Shown in pieces: positions 11,202 to 22,097 of a stretch of 32,000 nt of DNA. The stretch lies in the NCBI RefSeq assembly GCF_013365455.1, contig NZ_CP046578.1:420001-452000 (forward strand), in the 5' to 3' direction. Both the position numbers and the translations under genes were made by a program. The stretch's first letter is position 1. Every line of letters starts with the position of its first letter. Below the pieces are notes generated by a model. The model had not been told where the DNA came from. It worked only from the letters and a program-made list of their open reading frames with translations, and made no database searches. The stretch comes from Wolbachia endosymbiont of Dirofilaria (Dirofilaria) immitis (GTDB lineage: Bacteria > Pseudomonadota > Alphaproteobacteria > Rickettsiales > Anaplasmataceae).

Positions 11202-13682
11202 ATGAGTAAAAGGTATATAGATAGCAAGAAAGAAAATAGGGTTGATTTTATACTAAGAAATCATGGAATGTCAATTGTTTTTATTGCAATCATTATGACT
11301 TTACCTTCAGTAATGATATCAGCACTCTACTTTTTTGATGTATACGATTGGCATGTTAATATAGAGATTAATATGTTAGTTAGTATCCTCATGACTCTCT
11401 TTATGATATACAACGCAAAACGTTATAGATACTTGCTTGGTATTACAGAATTTCAAAATGCAATATTTGCAAGTGCACTCAATCATAATACAGAGTTCTG
11501 TCTCATTTTACACAAAGATGAGGGTGTTGTTTATGCTGATGCGAGGTTCTACGAAAGGTTTAAGGAACACATAGATAATGATGTTACACTAGACAAGCTT
11601 CTTAAAGCAGGAAATGTTTCAGAGAAAGATACAAAAGCGTTATATGATGCGCTAAAAAATAACTCTTCCGTACAAGTACGCATTACCTTAGACAAGAAAA
11701 ATAAAACATCTAATTTTCTTTTGCTTTTTGATCCGATATCAGATAACCCCCAAATTGCTCTAGATAATAATAAGATCTTAAACTTGTCATTAGCACCAAT
11801 AGCAAGACCACATGGATATTTTGTGCTAAAAGCAACACAGATGAATAAAGAACAAGTGTATGAAGAATTAATAGAAAAGCACAACATAGGGACTTACATT
11901 GCAAATGCTAAAGGGGTGATTTTATCTGTGAATAGAAGGTTCTTAGATATGTTTGAGTTGAGAAAATTTGAAAAAGGCAGTTTAATCAATGATTTTATAT
12001 TTCAATCTAATCATGGTAATACGACAACTGACAATGAAATTTCTTTTTGTACCGTAAACGGTGTTCCATTTAAGGCTTATATGAGCACTGCTATGTTTTG
12101 TGATAAACATAGTCATAACTATATATATGGCTTAATTACACCAGTTGAGTCAAATGTAGTTGACTATCAACTACATCCGTGTTTTGCAAATTCATCAATT
12201 GCTATTGCACAGTGCGATTCAAGTGGCAACTTCATAAAGAAAAACACAGCGTTAATAAAACTTGCAGGTTCAGATACTAACTCAATCTTTACATTAATAT
12301 TAGACGACTACCATATGAAAATACGTGAATATTTTTCAAGTAACAGAATAAATAATGCGTCCTTTGACGTGCAGCTTAGTAACAAAGATAATATGAAAAT
12401 ATACTTTAATAAGTTTCTCCATGGTAGGATTATGTTTATACTTTGCTATTTTGTTGACAACACTGAACATAAAAACCTAGAAATAAAGCTTGAGCATTAT
12501 CAAAAAATGCAGGCTATAGGTCAGTTAGCTGGCGGTATTGCACACGATTTTAACAATATATTGACTGGAATAATAGGATTTTGTGATTTACTTTTACTTC
12601 AACACTCAGTTGGTGATCCATCTTTTGGAGATATAATACAAATACAGCAAAATGCAAAGCGTGGGTCAAATCTAGTTAAGCAGTTGCTTGCCTTTTCAAG
12701 GAGGCAAACTATGCAACCGAAGATTATTGATGTAAATAGTACAATAGCCAGCCTTTACGAAATGATAAAAAGATTGATAGGTGAAAACATAAAATTCACT
12801 GCCTATTATGGTAGGGACTTAGGTATGGTTAGGGCTGATCAAGGACAATTGGAGCAAGTTATTATTAACTTAGTAGTTAATGCTAATGCTGCAATGGAGA
12901 AAGGGGGAGAACTGACTATACGGACTTTTAATAAAAAAATTAATTCGCTGAATTCTACACCTAAAAATATGTTTTCTCCAGATAAAGAGGGAATTGAACA
13001 TGGAAATTATGTTGTAATCGAAGTAATTGATACAGGATGTGGAATGACGAGTAATATAATTCAAAAGGTATTTGATCCATTCTTTTCTACTAAAGATATT
13101 GCTTCTGGTACTGGTCTTGGCCTTTCTACTGTATATGGTATTATTAAGCAAACTGAAGGATATATCTACGTTGCTAGTAAGGTGGATTATGGAACAAAAT
13201 TTAGCATATTTTTACCTATGGTTTATATATCAGATGAAGATGATATAGAGAAAGATATTGAAGAAATAGAAAAACCAGTAGTAAATGAAGTTAAAAACAA
13301 TGGTACGATTTTATTAATTGAAGATGAGGATTCAGTAAGGGAATTTACTACTAAGACGTTACAAAGGAGAGGATTTGATGTAATAGAAGCTAGCATGGGC
13401 AGTCAGGCACTGAAAATAATAAGTAAAAAAAGTCAACACATAGATCTAATAATCACTGATGTGATAATGCCAGAAGTTAGTGGTCCGGAGATAGTTAAAG
13501 AAGCCTTAATTCACAGGCCAGATATAAATGTCATTTTTATTTCCGGGTATGCAGAAGATGCATTTTTAAAGAATGATAATATTAATATAGAAGATTTCCA
13601 CTTTTTACCAAAACCATTCACTCTAAGTGAATTAGGAAATAAAGTTCAAAATGTACTACGCAAAGTAGAAAAAACAGTTTGA
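11202..13682 (+). CDS. cckA: Hybrid sensor histidine kinase / response regulator, CckA-like
   Basis: 826-aa ORF: N-terminal transmembrane segments, PAS-like region, HisKA motif GGIAHDFNNILTGIIGFCDLLL, HATPase G boxes (DTGCGM, GTGLGLSTVYGI) and C-terminal receiver (ILLIEDEDSVREF...DLIITDVIMPEVSGPEIV...KPF). Confidence 0.92.
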   Translation: MSKRYIDSKKENRVDFILRNHGMSIVFIAIIMTLPSVMISALYFFDVYDWHVNIEINMLVSILMTLFMIYNAKRYRYLLGITEFQNAIFASALNHNTEFCLILHKDEGVVYADARFYERFKEHIDNDVTLDKLLKAGNVSEKDTKALYDALKNNSSVQVRITLDKKNKTSNFLLLFDPISDNPQIALDNNKILNLSLAPIARPHGYFVLKATQMNKEQVYEELIEKHNIGTYIANAKGVILSVNRRFLDMFELRKFEKGSLINDFIFQSNHGNTTTDNEISFCTVNGVPFKAYMSTAMFCDKHSHNYIYGLITPVESNVVDYQLHPCFANSSIAIAQCDSSGNFIKKNTALIKLAGSDTNSIFTLILDDYHMKIREYFSSNRINNASFDVQLSNKDNMKIYFNKFLHGRIMFILCYFVDNTEHKNLEIKLEHYQKMQAIGQLAGGIAHDFNNILTGIIGFCDLLLLQHSVGDPSFGDIIQIQQNAKRGSNLVKQLLAFSRRQTMQPKIIDVNSTIASLYEMIKRLIGENIKFTAYYGRDLGMVRADQGQLEQVIINLVVNANAAMEKGGELTIRTFNKKINSLNSTPKNMFSPDKEGIEHGNYVVIEVIDTGCGMTSNIIQKVFDPFFSTKDIASGTGLGLSTVYGIIKQTEGYIYVASKVDYGTKFSIFLPMVYISDEDDIEKDIEEIEKPVVNEVKNNGTILLIEDEDSVREFTTKTLQRRGFDVIEASMGSQALKIISKKSQHIDLIITDVIMPEVSGPEIVKEALIHRPDINVIFISGYAEDAFLKNDNINIEDFHFLPKPFTLSELGNKVQNVLRKVEKTV

Positions 13683-13699
13683 TTCTGGATGTCAAAGTT

Positions 13700-13988
13700 C
13701 ATTTTTTCTTCTCTACTACGACAAAAAAACAAGCCTTAGGTATTAGCATTCCTAATTTACCAATAAAGTACTTTTCCTACAGCAGCAGGGTTGTCGGTAA
13801 TTAATACTAACTGTAATTTTTGTCAACAGCCACCCTTTTAATTTACTATTATACAATAACCTTGATCACGTTCTTTACTTTACCGTACAAAATAACCATA
13901 TTATATATAGTTGGAAATTTCTGCGTTAGAGGATTTTTAATGCTAATACCTAAGGCTTGTTTTTTGTCGTAGTAGAGAAGAAAAAATG
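13700..13988. repeat. Element bounded by ~50-bp near-perfect inverted repeats (arms 13700-13750 and 13939-13988)
   Basis: Left arm cattttttcttctctactacgacaaaaaaacaagccttaggtattagcatt. Right arm aatgctaatacctaaggcttgttttttgtcgtagtagagaagaaaaaatg is its reverse complement apart from one base in a homopolymer (7 A versus 6 T). Internal spacer is 188 bp. Confidence 0.9.
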
Positions 13989-14480
13989 CACACGGAATGT
14001 GTCATGGAGAGCAAAAATAAATTGATAGAATCAGCACATTTTTAATATGAATGGAATTCCAAATTTATCGCTAATTCTGGTTAGTGATCAGTTTATAGCT
14101 ATAGAAATTGAACTGTTACATGTTATAACTTAAATAGGGGAAATTTATGTGAAAATGTATTAGACAAAATACGTAGTAATTTGAATGTATAATCATCAAT
14201 TTTATCTTCCACTGTTTGGTTTGTATTGCTATACTAATGTCTCGCAGCTGCAGCTCTGTTATTTTTCCTTTTTCAGGGGTAAGAGATAATCTAAACTTTT
14301 TTGCAATAGAGAGATATATATTTGCAATACACAACAAGTACAGCAAAATTAAATGAATAAATTAGGAATGACATTCATTAATATTTAAATAATAAGGTAT
14401 ATAAAATCATTATTACATGTAATATTAGACTAGTACAAGCACCTTTTCATAAGGAAATACGCTATTATATACGATCTTAA

Positions 14481-15242
14481 ATGTTCTGTGTGCAAACTTA
14501 TATCAGTTTAATAAAAGAGATCTTAATAGGTAATAGTTGTAGTGACAGAGAAGAAAGAGTATTTGTTTATTTCATTACTGCACCCAAGCAAATTTTAGCA
14601 AAGAAGGACTTTAGTGAAGAATCGTTAAAAACTATGACAGCTTGCAAAGATTCAGGTTACAATAATTAATAATGGGTATAAGATAATAGTTGTTGGTATT
14701 GTGGATGAGCAGGTTAAGGTTACGATCTTGATAGTATAAGTTATTATGAAAGATTTAAACAATGAGAAATGCTTAGAAGTATCAATCATTAAAAACGTAT
14801 AGAGTGAGATATTAATCCAATAAAGGAAGGTAAAGCAATATAGAAAAACTGGTAGATGAGTTCTTTTATGCATATAAGAAACTAGTCTCAACTTTAAATA
14901 AAAGCCGGAGTTATATAACCAATATTCCTCAGATATTGTTGCTTTCTGGCAGGGTAAAAATAGTCAATGAAAAAAAACTCAGAAAGTGTTGTAGAGTAAA
15001 TAGTTTCTCTCAGGGCTTAGTGTTAGAACTGAAAATCAAAATGGTCTTAACATTGAAGTAGTGGTTAGAAATGCACTAAAATCAAGATATGGCAACAATA
15101 GAAGATGACATATCTTCCTTGACTTAGTTTATAAAGGTAAAAGTTCATTATAATGATTCCAAGGATAAAATTAATGATACGGTATGGTAACTTATCAAGT
15201 GAGTTGGATTTAATATTAGAGGCTTTGAATAAAAAGTTATAA
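14481..15242 (+). pseudogene. parB: Decayed ParB-family chromosome-partitioning protein gene
   Basis: Ordered ParB-like fragments across shifting plus frames: APKQILAKKDFSEESLKTMTACKDSG; NNGYKII; LDSI; VIMKDLNNEKCLEVSIIKNV*; DINPIKEGKAI*K; VDEFFYAYKKLVSTLNKSRSYITNIPQILLLSGRVKIVNEKKL; C-terminal KVKVHYNDSKDKIND / GNLSSELDLILEALNKKL*. Multiple stops and frameshifts. Confidence 0.75.
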
Positions 15243-15275
15243 ACATTAAAGTTGTTAGATTTACCGTTAAAAGCA

Positions 15276-15503
15276 TTATTTCTCTACTCTGCGTTTCAAA
15301 AAATCCCTAATGCATTCTCCTACTGTGTTACGTCTTTTGCCTGCAGTACATTTTGCAATGCATGTATCATTGACCATTTCTTGGCCGCTAGAACAACTTA
15401 TGCAAGCATCTACTGTACTCGGTGCTATCACGCTCACTATTTTTGGTGCGCCAAAAAATAAAGCAGTAAATGCACCGAGCGCAAAAAAAGCTGGCCATGG
15501 CAT
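15276..15503 (-). CDS. Small hypothetical membrane protein with a Cys-containing C-terminal domain
   Basis: 75-aa ORF MPWPAFFALGAFTALFFGAPKIVSVIAPSTVDACISCSSGQEMVNDTCIAKCTAGKRRNTVGECIRDFLKRRVEK, with a hydrophobic N-terminus then five cysteines. Confidence 0.5.
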   Translation of the reverse strand: MPWPAFFALGAFTALFFGAPKIVSVIAPSTVDACISCSSGQEMVNDTCIAKCTAGKRRNTVGECIRDFLKRRVEK

Positions 15504-15674
15504 TCTACCAAATATTGCAAGTAATGCTGTGCCTATTATAACTATTAGCCAATTATGTTTTTAGGTATGTTTTATTGTTCTATATATTAATTTAGCTTCG
15601 TGCTCTGTTTTTTATTCTTAGCCAAATTGGTTGAATCGAACTGTAAAACCTGCTAAAGTTCTATCTTATAGAAG

Positions 15675-15749
15675 GCACCCTTAGCTCAGTTGGATTAGAG
15701 CATTTGACTACGGATCAAAAGGTCGAGCGTTCGAGTCGTTCAGGGTGCA
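15675..15749 (+). tRNA. tRNA-Arg (anticodon ACG)
   Basis: Cloverleaf: acceptor GCACCCT/AGGGTGC, D stem GCTC/GAGC, anticodon arm TTTGA-CTACGGA-TCAAA (ACG), T arm GAGCG-TTCGAGT-CGTTC, discriminator A. Confidence 0.95.
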
Positions 15750-15836
15750 CTCTATTTTTAGAGTGCGTAGAAAGCACAGGCCATACTTGAAATTGATGCA
15801 TGAAATACTTACCTTTAGAGGTTAAATACTGAACTA

Positions 15837-16952
15837 TTGTATATGAACACAAAAGACTATTATGAGCTACTGGAAGTAGGCAGGAATGCTAGTATTGATG
15901 AAATAAAAAAAGCATATAAAAGATTAGCGTTGAAGTACCATCCAGATAGAAATCCTGGTAACAAAGAAGCAGAGGAAAAATTTAAGGAGATAACGGCTGC
16001 GTATGAGGTTCTGTCTGACCCTGAGAAAAAGGCGGGTTATGATAGATATGGTCATGAAGGCACTTCTAGTAGGTTTGACTTTAGCCAGGCTGCAGGAGAT
16101 TTTAGTGATATATTCAACGATTTTTTTAGCGGTGGGTTCGGGGAATCAGGAAGGTCGAAAGCGAAAAGAAGTACACCGGGAGTTCCTGGGTCGGACTTGC
16201 GTTATGATCTTGAAATTACCTTGGAAGATGCATTTAATGGAATACAGGCGCCTATACATTATGTTACAAATGTAAAATGTGACATGTGTCGAGGTACAGG
16301 CAGTGAAGGTGCAATCAAGCCAGTCCAATGTCACATGTGCCGAGGAAGTGGTAGGGTTAGGGCACAGCAGAGTTTTTTTACAATTGAAAGGACTTGTACG
16401 ACATGTTACGGAGAAGGTGAGATAGTACAGAATAAGTGCAAAAAATGTAGTGGGAATGGACGTAGAAGGGATGAAGTAAATATATCAATTTCAATTCCGA
16501 AAGGCATAGAAGAAGGTGCTAAAGTAAGGGTAAGCGGTAAAGGAGAGGCTGGAGCAAGAGGTGGAAAAAGTGGAGATTTATATGTATATGTTAAAATTGC
16601 TCCGCACAAAATTTTTACTCGGAATAAAGCAGATTTGCATTGTAAAGTACCTATAAGGATGACATTAGCAGTGCTTGGTGGTGAAATCGATGTGCAGTCA
16701 ATTGATGGAGCTAAAATAAAAGTGAAAGTTCCTGAAGGCACTCAAACTGGTACTAGACTGCGCTGTAGAGAGAAGGGTATGCCGTATATAAACTCAAATA
16801 TACGTGGTGATTTATATGTACAGGTGATAATTGAGACTTTAAATCCAAAGATCTTAACTAAAAAGCAAATTGAGTTACTAAAAGCACTTGAAGAGGAGGA
16901 AAATATACAACAGCAATCTGAAGGGTTTTTTAGTAAAGTAAAAAAAAAGTAA
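15837..16952 (+). CDS. dnaJ: Chaperone protein DnaJ
   Basis: 371-aa ORF with J domain ([34 protein letters not shown]) and four CxxCxGxG zinc-finger motifs ([32 protein letters not shown]). Confidence 0.97.
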   Translation: MYMNTKDYYELLEVGRNASIDEIKKAYKRLALKYHPDRNPGNKEAEEKFKEITAAYEVLSDPEKKAGYDRYGHEGTSSRFDFSQAAGDFSDIFNDFFSGGFGESGRSKAKRSTPGVPGSDLRYDLEITLEDAFNGIQAPIHYVTNVKCDMCRGTGSEGAIKPVQCHMCRGSGRVRAQQSFFTIERTCTTCYGEGEIVQNKCKKCSGNGRRRDEVNISISIPKGIEEGAKVRVSGKGEAGARGGKSGDLYVYVKIAPHKIFTRNKADLHCKVPIRMTLAVLGGEIDVQSIDGAKIKVKVPEGTQTGTRLRCREKGMPYINSNIRGDLYVQVIIETLNPKILTKKQIELLKALEEEENIQQQSEGFFSKVKKK

Positions 16953-17662
16953 AAAGTTTACTAAATGATGTTAAAAGTAGCCTTTAGATTTTTTTTACTG
17001 TTCTCTATTACTATAACACTTAGTGTATACTATGCGAATATTTTTATGTAAGCTTACTTAATTTTCATTAACTTTGTTAAAAGCTTTATTTAATCTATCT
17101 AGGAGATAGGCTAATTTTTTATACTTGTAGGTAACAATAGAGTATAGGTACAGCTTTCTAATTTTAAAGTTAGCCTCTTGTGAAGCTGCAGAACAGTTAA
17201 TAAGCTAAGAGAAAAAAGTTATAAAAGAAGTTAAAATAAATTAAAGGAAAGAAGCGATAAGAACGGAATAAGCTCCGTATATAATGATATACAACGCATT
17301 TCAATCTAACAGTTTTCATAAAAACCATAAGTTTAAGCTGTGAGTGTTAGATGCTACATATTATCAGGCGATCTGCTAACTTTGCAGGGCGATATAGAAA
17401 TGATGTAGTTATTACTAAGTGGTGATAGAATTCTTACCCGGAAAGACGTGGTTCTGTGCATAAGTGACAACAGTGGTTTAGAATTAAGGCAACCTAAAAC
17501 TACACTAAACACCTCTTCCCGTTTTGAAATCAACCCCAAGCTGATAAATCATAGCCTAAAGTGTACTATAACTTCAAAAAGAAGAGATCAGAAAATTTAA
17601 AACTCAATTGGAGAAATTATATGCTCAGCTTAAGGATAAAGAATCAATCACTAAAGTAAACA

Positions 17663-17800
17663 ATGCAAGATCTAGAAAATAAAAACACACCACTTAATAG
17701 TGAACCAGGCAAGGACATGTATGGATTCTTTTTACATTATGCTATACATAATAACCATTTAGATGAAGTAATAAAGTATCTACTAAAAACGAATCTTTAA
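17663..17800 (+). pseudogene. Ankyrin-repeat protein fragment
   Basis: 45-aa frame MQDLENKNTPLNSEPGKDMYGFFLHYAIHNNHLDEVIKYLLKTNL*; the LHYAIHNNHLDEVIKYLL segment fits the ankyrin consensus (LHxAaxxGHxxvVxxLL). Confidence 0.5.
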
Positions 17801-18147
17801 AGTACAAGACAAAAATAGAAAGACTCTTTAGATTTTGCTGTTAACAAACTAAATTAAATAGAATAGTAGGTGGGATCTTTATAAGAGAAAATAGAGAGTA
17901 AAATAGGTTAAATAAGAATAAATTGGAAGAAATAAAAACTAAAATGAAAGCTTTGAAAAAGGCAGATCTCTCTAAAGAAATTAAAGATGGAAGAGAAAGC
18001 AATGGTATGAGGAATAAATTTGCTGTAAATGCACGACTCGTAAGCAAAAATAGCACGAACCATTGCTTTATGAAAACATATTACTTTACTAGGCCCTAGT
18101 AATCTTGATATAGTAGTCACTTTAGTTAAGTCTGCGGAAGTTTATAA

Positions 18148-19146
18148 ATGGCAATTTTAAGTGTTAGGGAAGCTTTATGTATAGCAATCAGAGAAGAAAT
18201 GCAAAATGATCACAATGTATTTATCATGGGTGAAGAGGTTGCAGAGTATGATGGTGCTTATAAAGTGACAAAGGGATTACTGAAGGAGTTTGGAGAAAGT
18301 AGAGTAGTTGATACTCCTATTACTGAACATGGATTTGCTGGTCTTGCTGTTGGAGCAGCACTTGCTGGACTTAGGCCAATCGTTGAGTTTATGACTTTTA
18401 ATTTTTCTATGCAAGCCATCGATCAAATCGTAAACTCTGCAGCAAAAACAAACTACATGTCAGGTGGACAACTTGGATGCTCTATAGTGTTTCGTGGACC
18501 AAATGGCGCTGCAGCAAGAGTTGCCGCACAACATTCTCAATGCTTTGCATCTTGGTATTCGCATATACCAGGGTTAAAAGTGATAGCACCTTACTTTGCC
18601 TCTGATTGTAGAGGTCTGCTCAAAGCAGCAGTTCGTGATCTAGACCCAGTAATATTTTTAGAAAACGAGATTGCTTATGGGCATGAGCATGAAGTTTCTG
18701 ATTCTGAACTATTAAATAAAGATTATCTACTTGAGATAGGTAAAGCTGCTGTTATACGCAAAGGAAAGGATGTAACTATCACCGCTTTCTCACTGAAGTT
18801 AGTAGATGCTTTAAGTGCAGCTAATTTGCTTTCGAGTGAAGGCATAGAAGCTGAAGTTATCGACCTTAGAACTTTGAGGCCACTTGATACTGAAACTGTT
18901 ATTAATTCTATCAAAAAAACTAATAAGTTAGTAAGCATAGAGGAAGGTTGGCCATTTGCAGGAATAGGGGCAGAGCTATCAGCCATCATTATGGAACAGG
19001 GGTTTGATTATCTTGATGCTCCAGTTATAAGGGTAACTGGTAAGGATGTACCCTTACCTTATGCTATAAACCTAGAAAAGAAAGCGTTGCCACAAATGGA
19101 AGATATAGTTAAAGCTGTGCATCAAGTTTGCTTTAGAAAAACTTAA
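18148..19146 (+). CDS. pdhB: Pyruvate dehydrogenase E1 component, beta subunit
   Basis: 332-aa ORF: [93 protein letters not shown]. Confidence 0.96.
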   Translation: MAILSVREALCIAIREEMQNDHNVFIMGEEVAEYDGAYKVTKGLLKEFGESRVVDTPITEHGFAGLAVGAALAGLRPIVEFMTFNFSMQAIDQIVNSAAKTNYMSGGQLGCSIVFRGPNGAAARVAAQHSQCFASWYSHIPGLKVIAPYFASDCRGLLKAAVRDLDPVIFLENEIAYGHEHEVSDSELLNKDYLLEIGKAAVIRKGKDVTITAFSLKLVDALSAANLLSSEGIEAEVIDLRTLRPLDTETVINSIKKTNKLVSIEEGWPFAGIGAELSAIIMEQGFDYLDAPVIRVTGKDVPLPYAINLEKKALPQMEDIVKAVHQVCFRKT

Positions 19147-20513
19147 CTACTCATCAGAAAGATCGTAGCTAAACTGAGAAATATAAAAGCTGAAAGAATA
19201 TCAGTTGTTGCTGATGTTAGGATTGAGGAAGAAACAGCAGGGTCAGATTTTAAGCGATGGAGCATTATGGGAATGAAAGTTCCAATAAACGTTGCAATGA
19301 TCGACATCATAATCATGGAAGCTACAAAGATAACCTCCACTTTGAAAGTGTGGAACCTTATTGTTAATACCACAAGTGAAATAATAGATAGAATTATTCC
19401 ATTTATCAAACCTATCAAAAACTCTTTTATCAGTATTCTATTTGTATTTTGCTCAGTTAAATGTTTTGTTGCAATTGCCCTGATGGTCAGCGTTACTGTT
19501 TGAGACCCTGCGTTTCCACTCATTGATGCAATTATTGGCATTATTATTGGGAGTACTACAAAGCTCTCTATTACACTATCGAAAAAACCAACTACTATAG
19601 AATATATTGTTGCTGCTAAGAGATTGAATAATAGCCAAGGTAACCTTTGGATTATAGTTTTATGTATAGGAGTATTTATATCGGCTTTAGAAGATACACC
19701 GCTTATTTTAAGTACGTCTTCTTCTGTCTCTTGTTGAACAACTTTTATTACATCTTCGATTAAGATCACACCTATAATCTTACCTCGCTTATTTACTACT
19801 GGAGCTGACAGTAGAGAGTAATCTTTAAATATTCTTGCTACTTCCTCTTGATCTACTCCAGTTTTGATGATCTTTATATCTTGGCTCATTATTTCTTTTA
19901 TTGTTGTTTCTCCTGAGTGAGATATCACCTTACTTAGATTAACACTACCTATAGGTTCTAGTTTTGAATTAATGATGAAGATTTGATGAAACTTTTCTGG
20001 TATTTTTTTATAATTGCGTAAAAATTCTGTTAACTCGTTTATCGTCCAATAGTACGGAGCTATAACCATATTTTTATGTATTAACCTTCCTGCACTCTCT
20101 TCTGGATATGATAATAACTCCTCTACTGGCTTTCGAGTTGTACTGGGCAAGTAGTTAAGTATGTTTCTTATAGACTTTCTGTCTAAATCTTTTACTATAG
20201 TTACTATATCTTCTGCGTTGAGAAGCATTAATAACTTTGCGGTATTTTTTACTCCTAGTGTTTCTATAATTTCTACTTGTAAATCTGGCACTACATGCAC
20301 TAGAGCATCACTTAGCAAGTGTTGATCTAAAATACTAACTAATTTTTCCCTGTGATCGCTAATCGAAGTGGATAAAAAATATGCTAATTGAATGCTGTCT
20401 ATCGTTTTTACAATCTTACGGGCATTTTCCAACTCTTCGTTATCAAGTGATTTAATTAGGTCATCAATAGCTTTTTTATCTAAGCCATAATGGAAATTTA
20501 CTTCAATATTCAT
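19143..20513 (-). CDS. mgtE: Magnesium transporter MgtE
   Basis: 456-aa ORF: N-terminal MgtE domain, two CBS domains ([30 protein letters not shown]) and membrane domain ([20 protein letters not shown]). Confidence 0.95.
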   Translation of the reverse strand: MNIEVNFHYGLDKKAIDDLIKSLDNEELENARKIVKTIDSIQLAYFLSTSISDHREKLVSILDQHLLSDALVHVVPDLQVEIIETLGVKNTAKLLMLLNAEDIVTIVKDLDRKSIRNILNYLPSTTRKPVEELLSYPEESAGRLIHKNMVIAPYYWTINELTEFLRNYKKIPEKFHQIFIINSKLEPIGSVNLSKVISHSGETTIKEIMSQDIKIIKTGVDQEEVARIFKDYSLLSAPVVNKRGKIIGVILIEDVIKVVQQETEEDVLKISGVSSKADINTPIHKTIIQRLPWLLFNLLAATIYSIVVGFFDSVIESFVVLPIIMPIIASMSGNAGSQTVTLTIRAIATKHLTEQNTNRILIKEFLIGLINGIILSIISLVVLTIRFHTFKVEVIFVASMIMMSIIATFIGTFIPIMLHRLKSDPAVSSSILTSATTDILSAFIFLSLATIFLMSS

Positions 20514-20667
20514 ATTTTCACCTTACTGCTTAATAAATACACGTACTTGATTCATTTAAATATTAGAGTATAATAAGATTGTTTTAAATTAACTATTATA
20601 TGGTTAAATTTCTATTTTGTGTACTATTATTGCTACTAATAGTGAATATATTAAAACCTAAAGCATA

Positions 20668-21772
20668 ATGAAAACTCATTTAGAAATCCTTGAACATTTT
20701 CAGAGCTTAGCTGAAAATATTTCAATTATCAGGAGGTGTCTTTGATATAGAAAAATTGAAATCACGCCTTGTAGATTTAGAATCTCAAGCTGCAGGTGAT
20801 AATCTATGGCAAGATAACCAAAAGGCACAAAAGATTTTAAAAGAGCGTTCTAAGATTAAAAATGATGTGGAGTTATTTTTAAAGCTAGAAAGTGATTACA
20901 AGAGTATCGTTGCCTTAATGGAATCTGCTATCGATGAGAATGATGAAGAATTTTTCTCTGAAGCCGAAAACGAATTAACGGAACTGGAAAAACTAATCAA
21001 GCGTAAAGAAGCAGAGTCTTTGTTTACTGATGAAACAGATAACAACAACTGTTTTTTGGAGATTCATTCGGGAGCTGGGGGAACAGAGAGCAACGATTGG
21101 GTTGAAATGCTTGTACATATGTATATAAGGTGGGCTAAGATTTATCATGATTTTAAAGTTGAAGTTATAGAAAAATCAGAAGGAGAATCAGTTGGAATAA
21201 AATCTGCAACGATAAAAATCATTGGAGAAAAAGCTTATGGATGGGCAAAAAATGAAAGTGGTATTCACAGACTGGTTCGAATATCTCCATTTGATGCAAA
21301 TAGTAAACGTCATACTAGTTTTGCAAGTGTAGGAGTTACTCCAGTAATAGAAGATTCAATTGATATTGACGTAAATGAAAAAGATTTGAGGATTGACACT
21401 TACCGTGCTTCTGGTGCTGGAGGTCAGCATGTAAATAAAACTGAAAGTGCAGTGCGTATAACGCATATTCCAACAGGTGTTATCGTTCAGTGCCAAAATA
21501 GTCGATCCCAGCATCAGAATAAAAATGAGGCATTAAAACTGCTTAAAGGACGTTTATACCAAATTGAACTGAAAAAAAAAGAACAAAAAACAGCTCAAGA
21601 GTATGGCAAGAAATGCAATATGGGTTGGGGTAATCAAATCAGGTCATACGTTATGCATCCGTATCAAATGGTGAAAGATTTAAGGACTGGATATGAAGTT
21701 GGTAATATAAATTCTGTTTTTGATGGTAATATAGATTGCTTCATAGTTAGAATGCTCACTAATAAAAATTAG
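20668..21772 (+). CDS. prfB: Peptide chain release factor 2, expressed via +1 programmed frameshift
   Basis: Upstream frame MKTHLEILEHFQSLAENISIIRRCL then in-frame TGA (20743-20745) in AGGAGG-TGT-CTT-TGA-T; +1 shift continues DIEKLKSRLVDLESQAAGDNLW. GGQ motif in YRASGAGGQHVNKTESAVRITHIPTG. The ORF track shows only 20756..21772. Confidence 0.95.
20731..20745 (+). promoter_or_regulatory. prfB autoregulatory +1 frameshift site
   Basis: aggaggtgtctttga: SD-like AGGAGG three nucleotides before the CTT slippery codon, followed directly by TGA. Confidence 0.93.
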
Positions 21773-22097
21773 GCAGAGTTGACTTTTACTATGATATGTT
21801 TATAGAAAAAGCACTATTGGTGCTGGATAAAAACTCTCTCACTATTTTTGAAGATAGGTTAACTTTCATTTGCTTGCCCATGTTTATAATCGTGCTAATT
21901 ACTACTAAATATAGTATTGTTGTGTAAATTTTTTACTTACATATTTTTATTGCTTTTTATAATCACTATAGAATTGAATTTCTTGATATGGTATCTGTTA
22001 CCTAAATAGCTGACACCTCTTTCTACATAGCTTTAGCTATTTACTCCAGATATATTACCTGTATACTTATTACTAAATTAAACTTAAGATAATCAAA

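Noticed and set aside
14116-14346. 76-aa minus ORF containing LTPEKGKITELQLRDISIAIQTK
   Set aside because: The central segment looks protein-like, but I could not connect it to a family or a coherent neighbouring frame; it might be a relic, but support is too weak.
16965-17051. 28-aa hydrophobic peptide frame MMLKVAFRFFLLFSITITLSVYYANIFM after dnaJ
   Set aside because: Short and T-rich; such frames arise by chance and no ribosome-binding or conservation evidence is available.
17354-17539. 61-aa minus ORF MGLISKREEVFSVVLGCLNSKPLLSLMHRT...
   Set aside because: No family signal; could be transposase or other relic sequence, but I cannot support this from sequence alone.
19143-19146. pdhB and mgtE 3' ends overlap by 4 nt in convergent orientation
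   Set aside because: Ordinary compact-genome arrangement; no reason to suspect special regulation.
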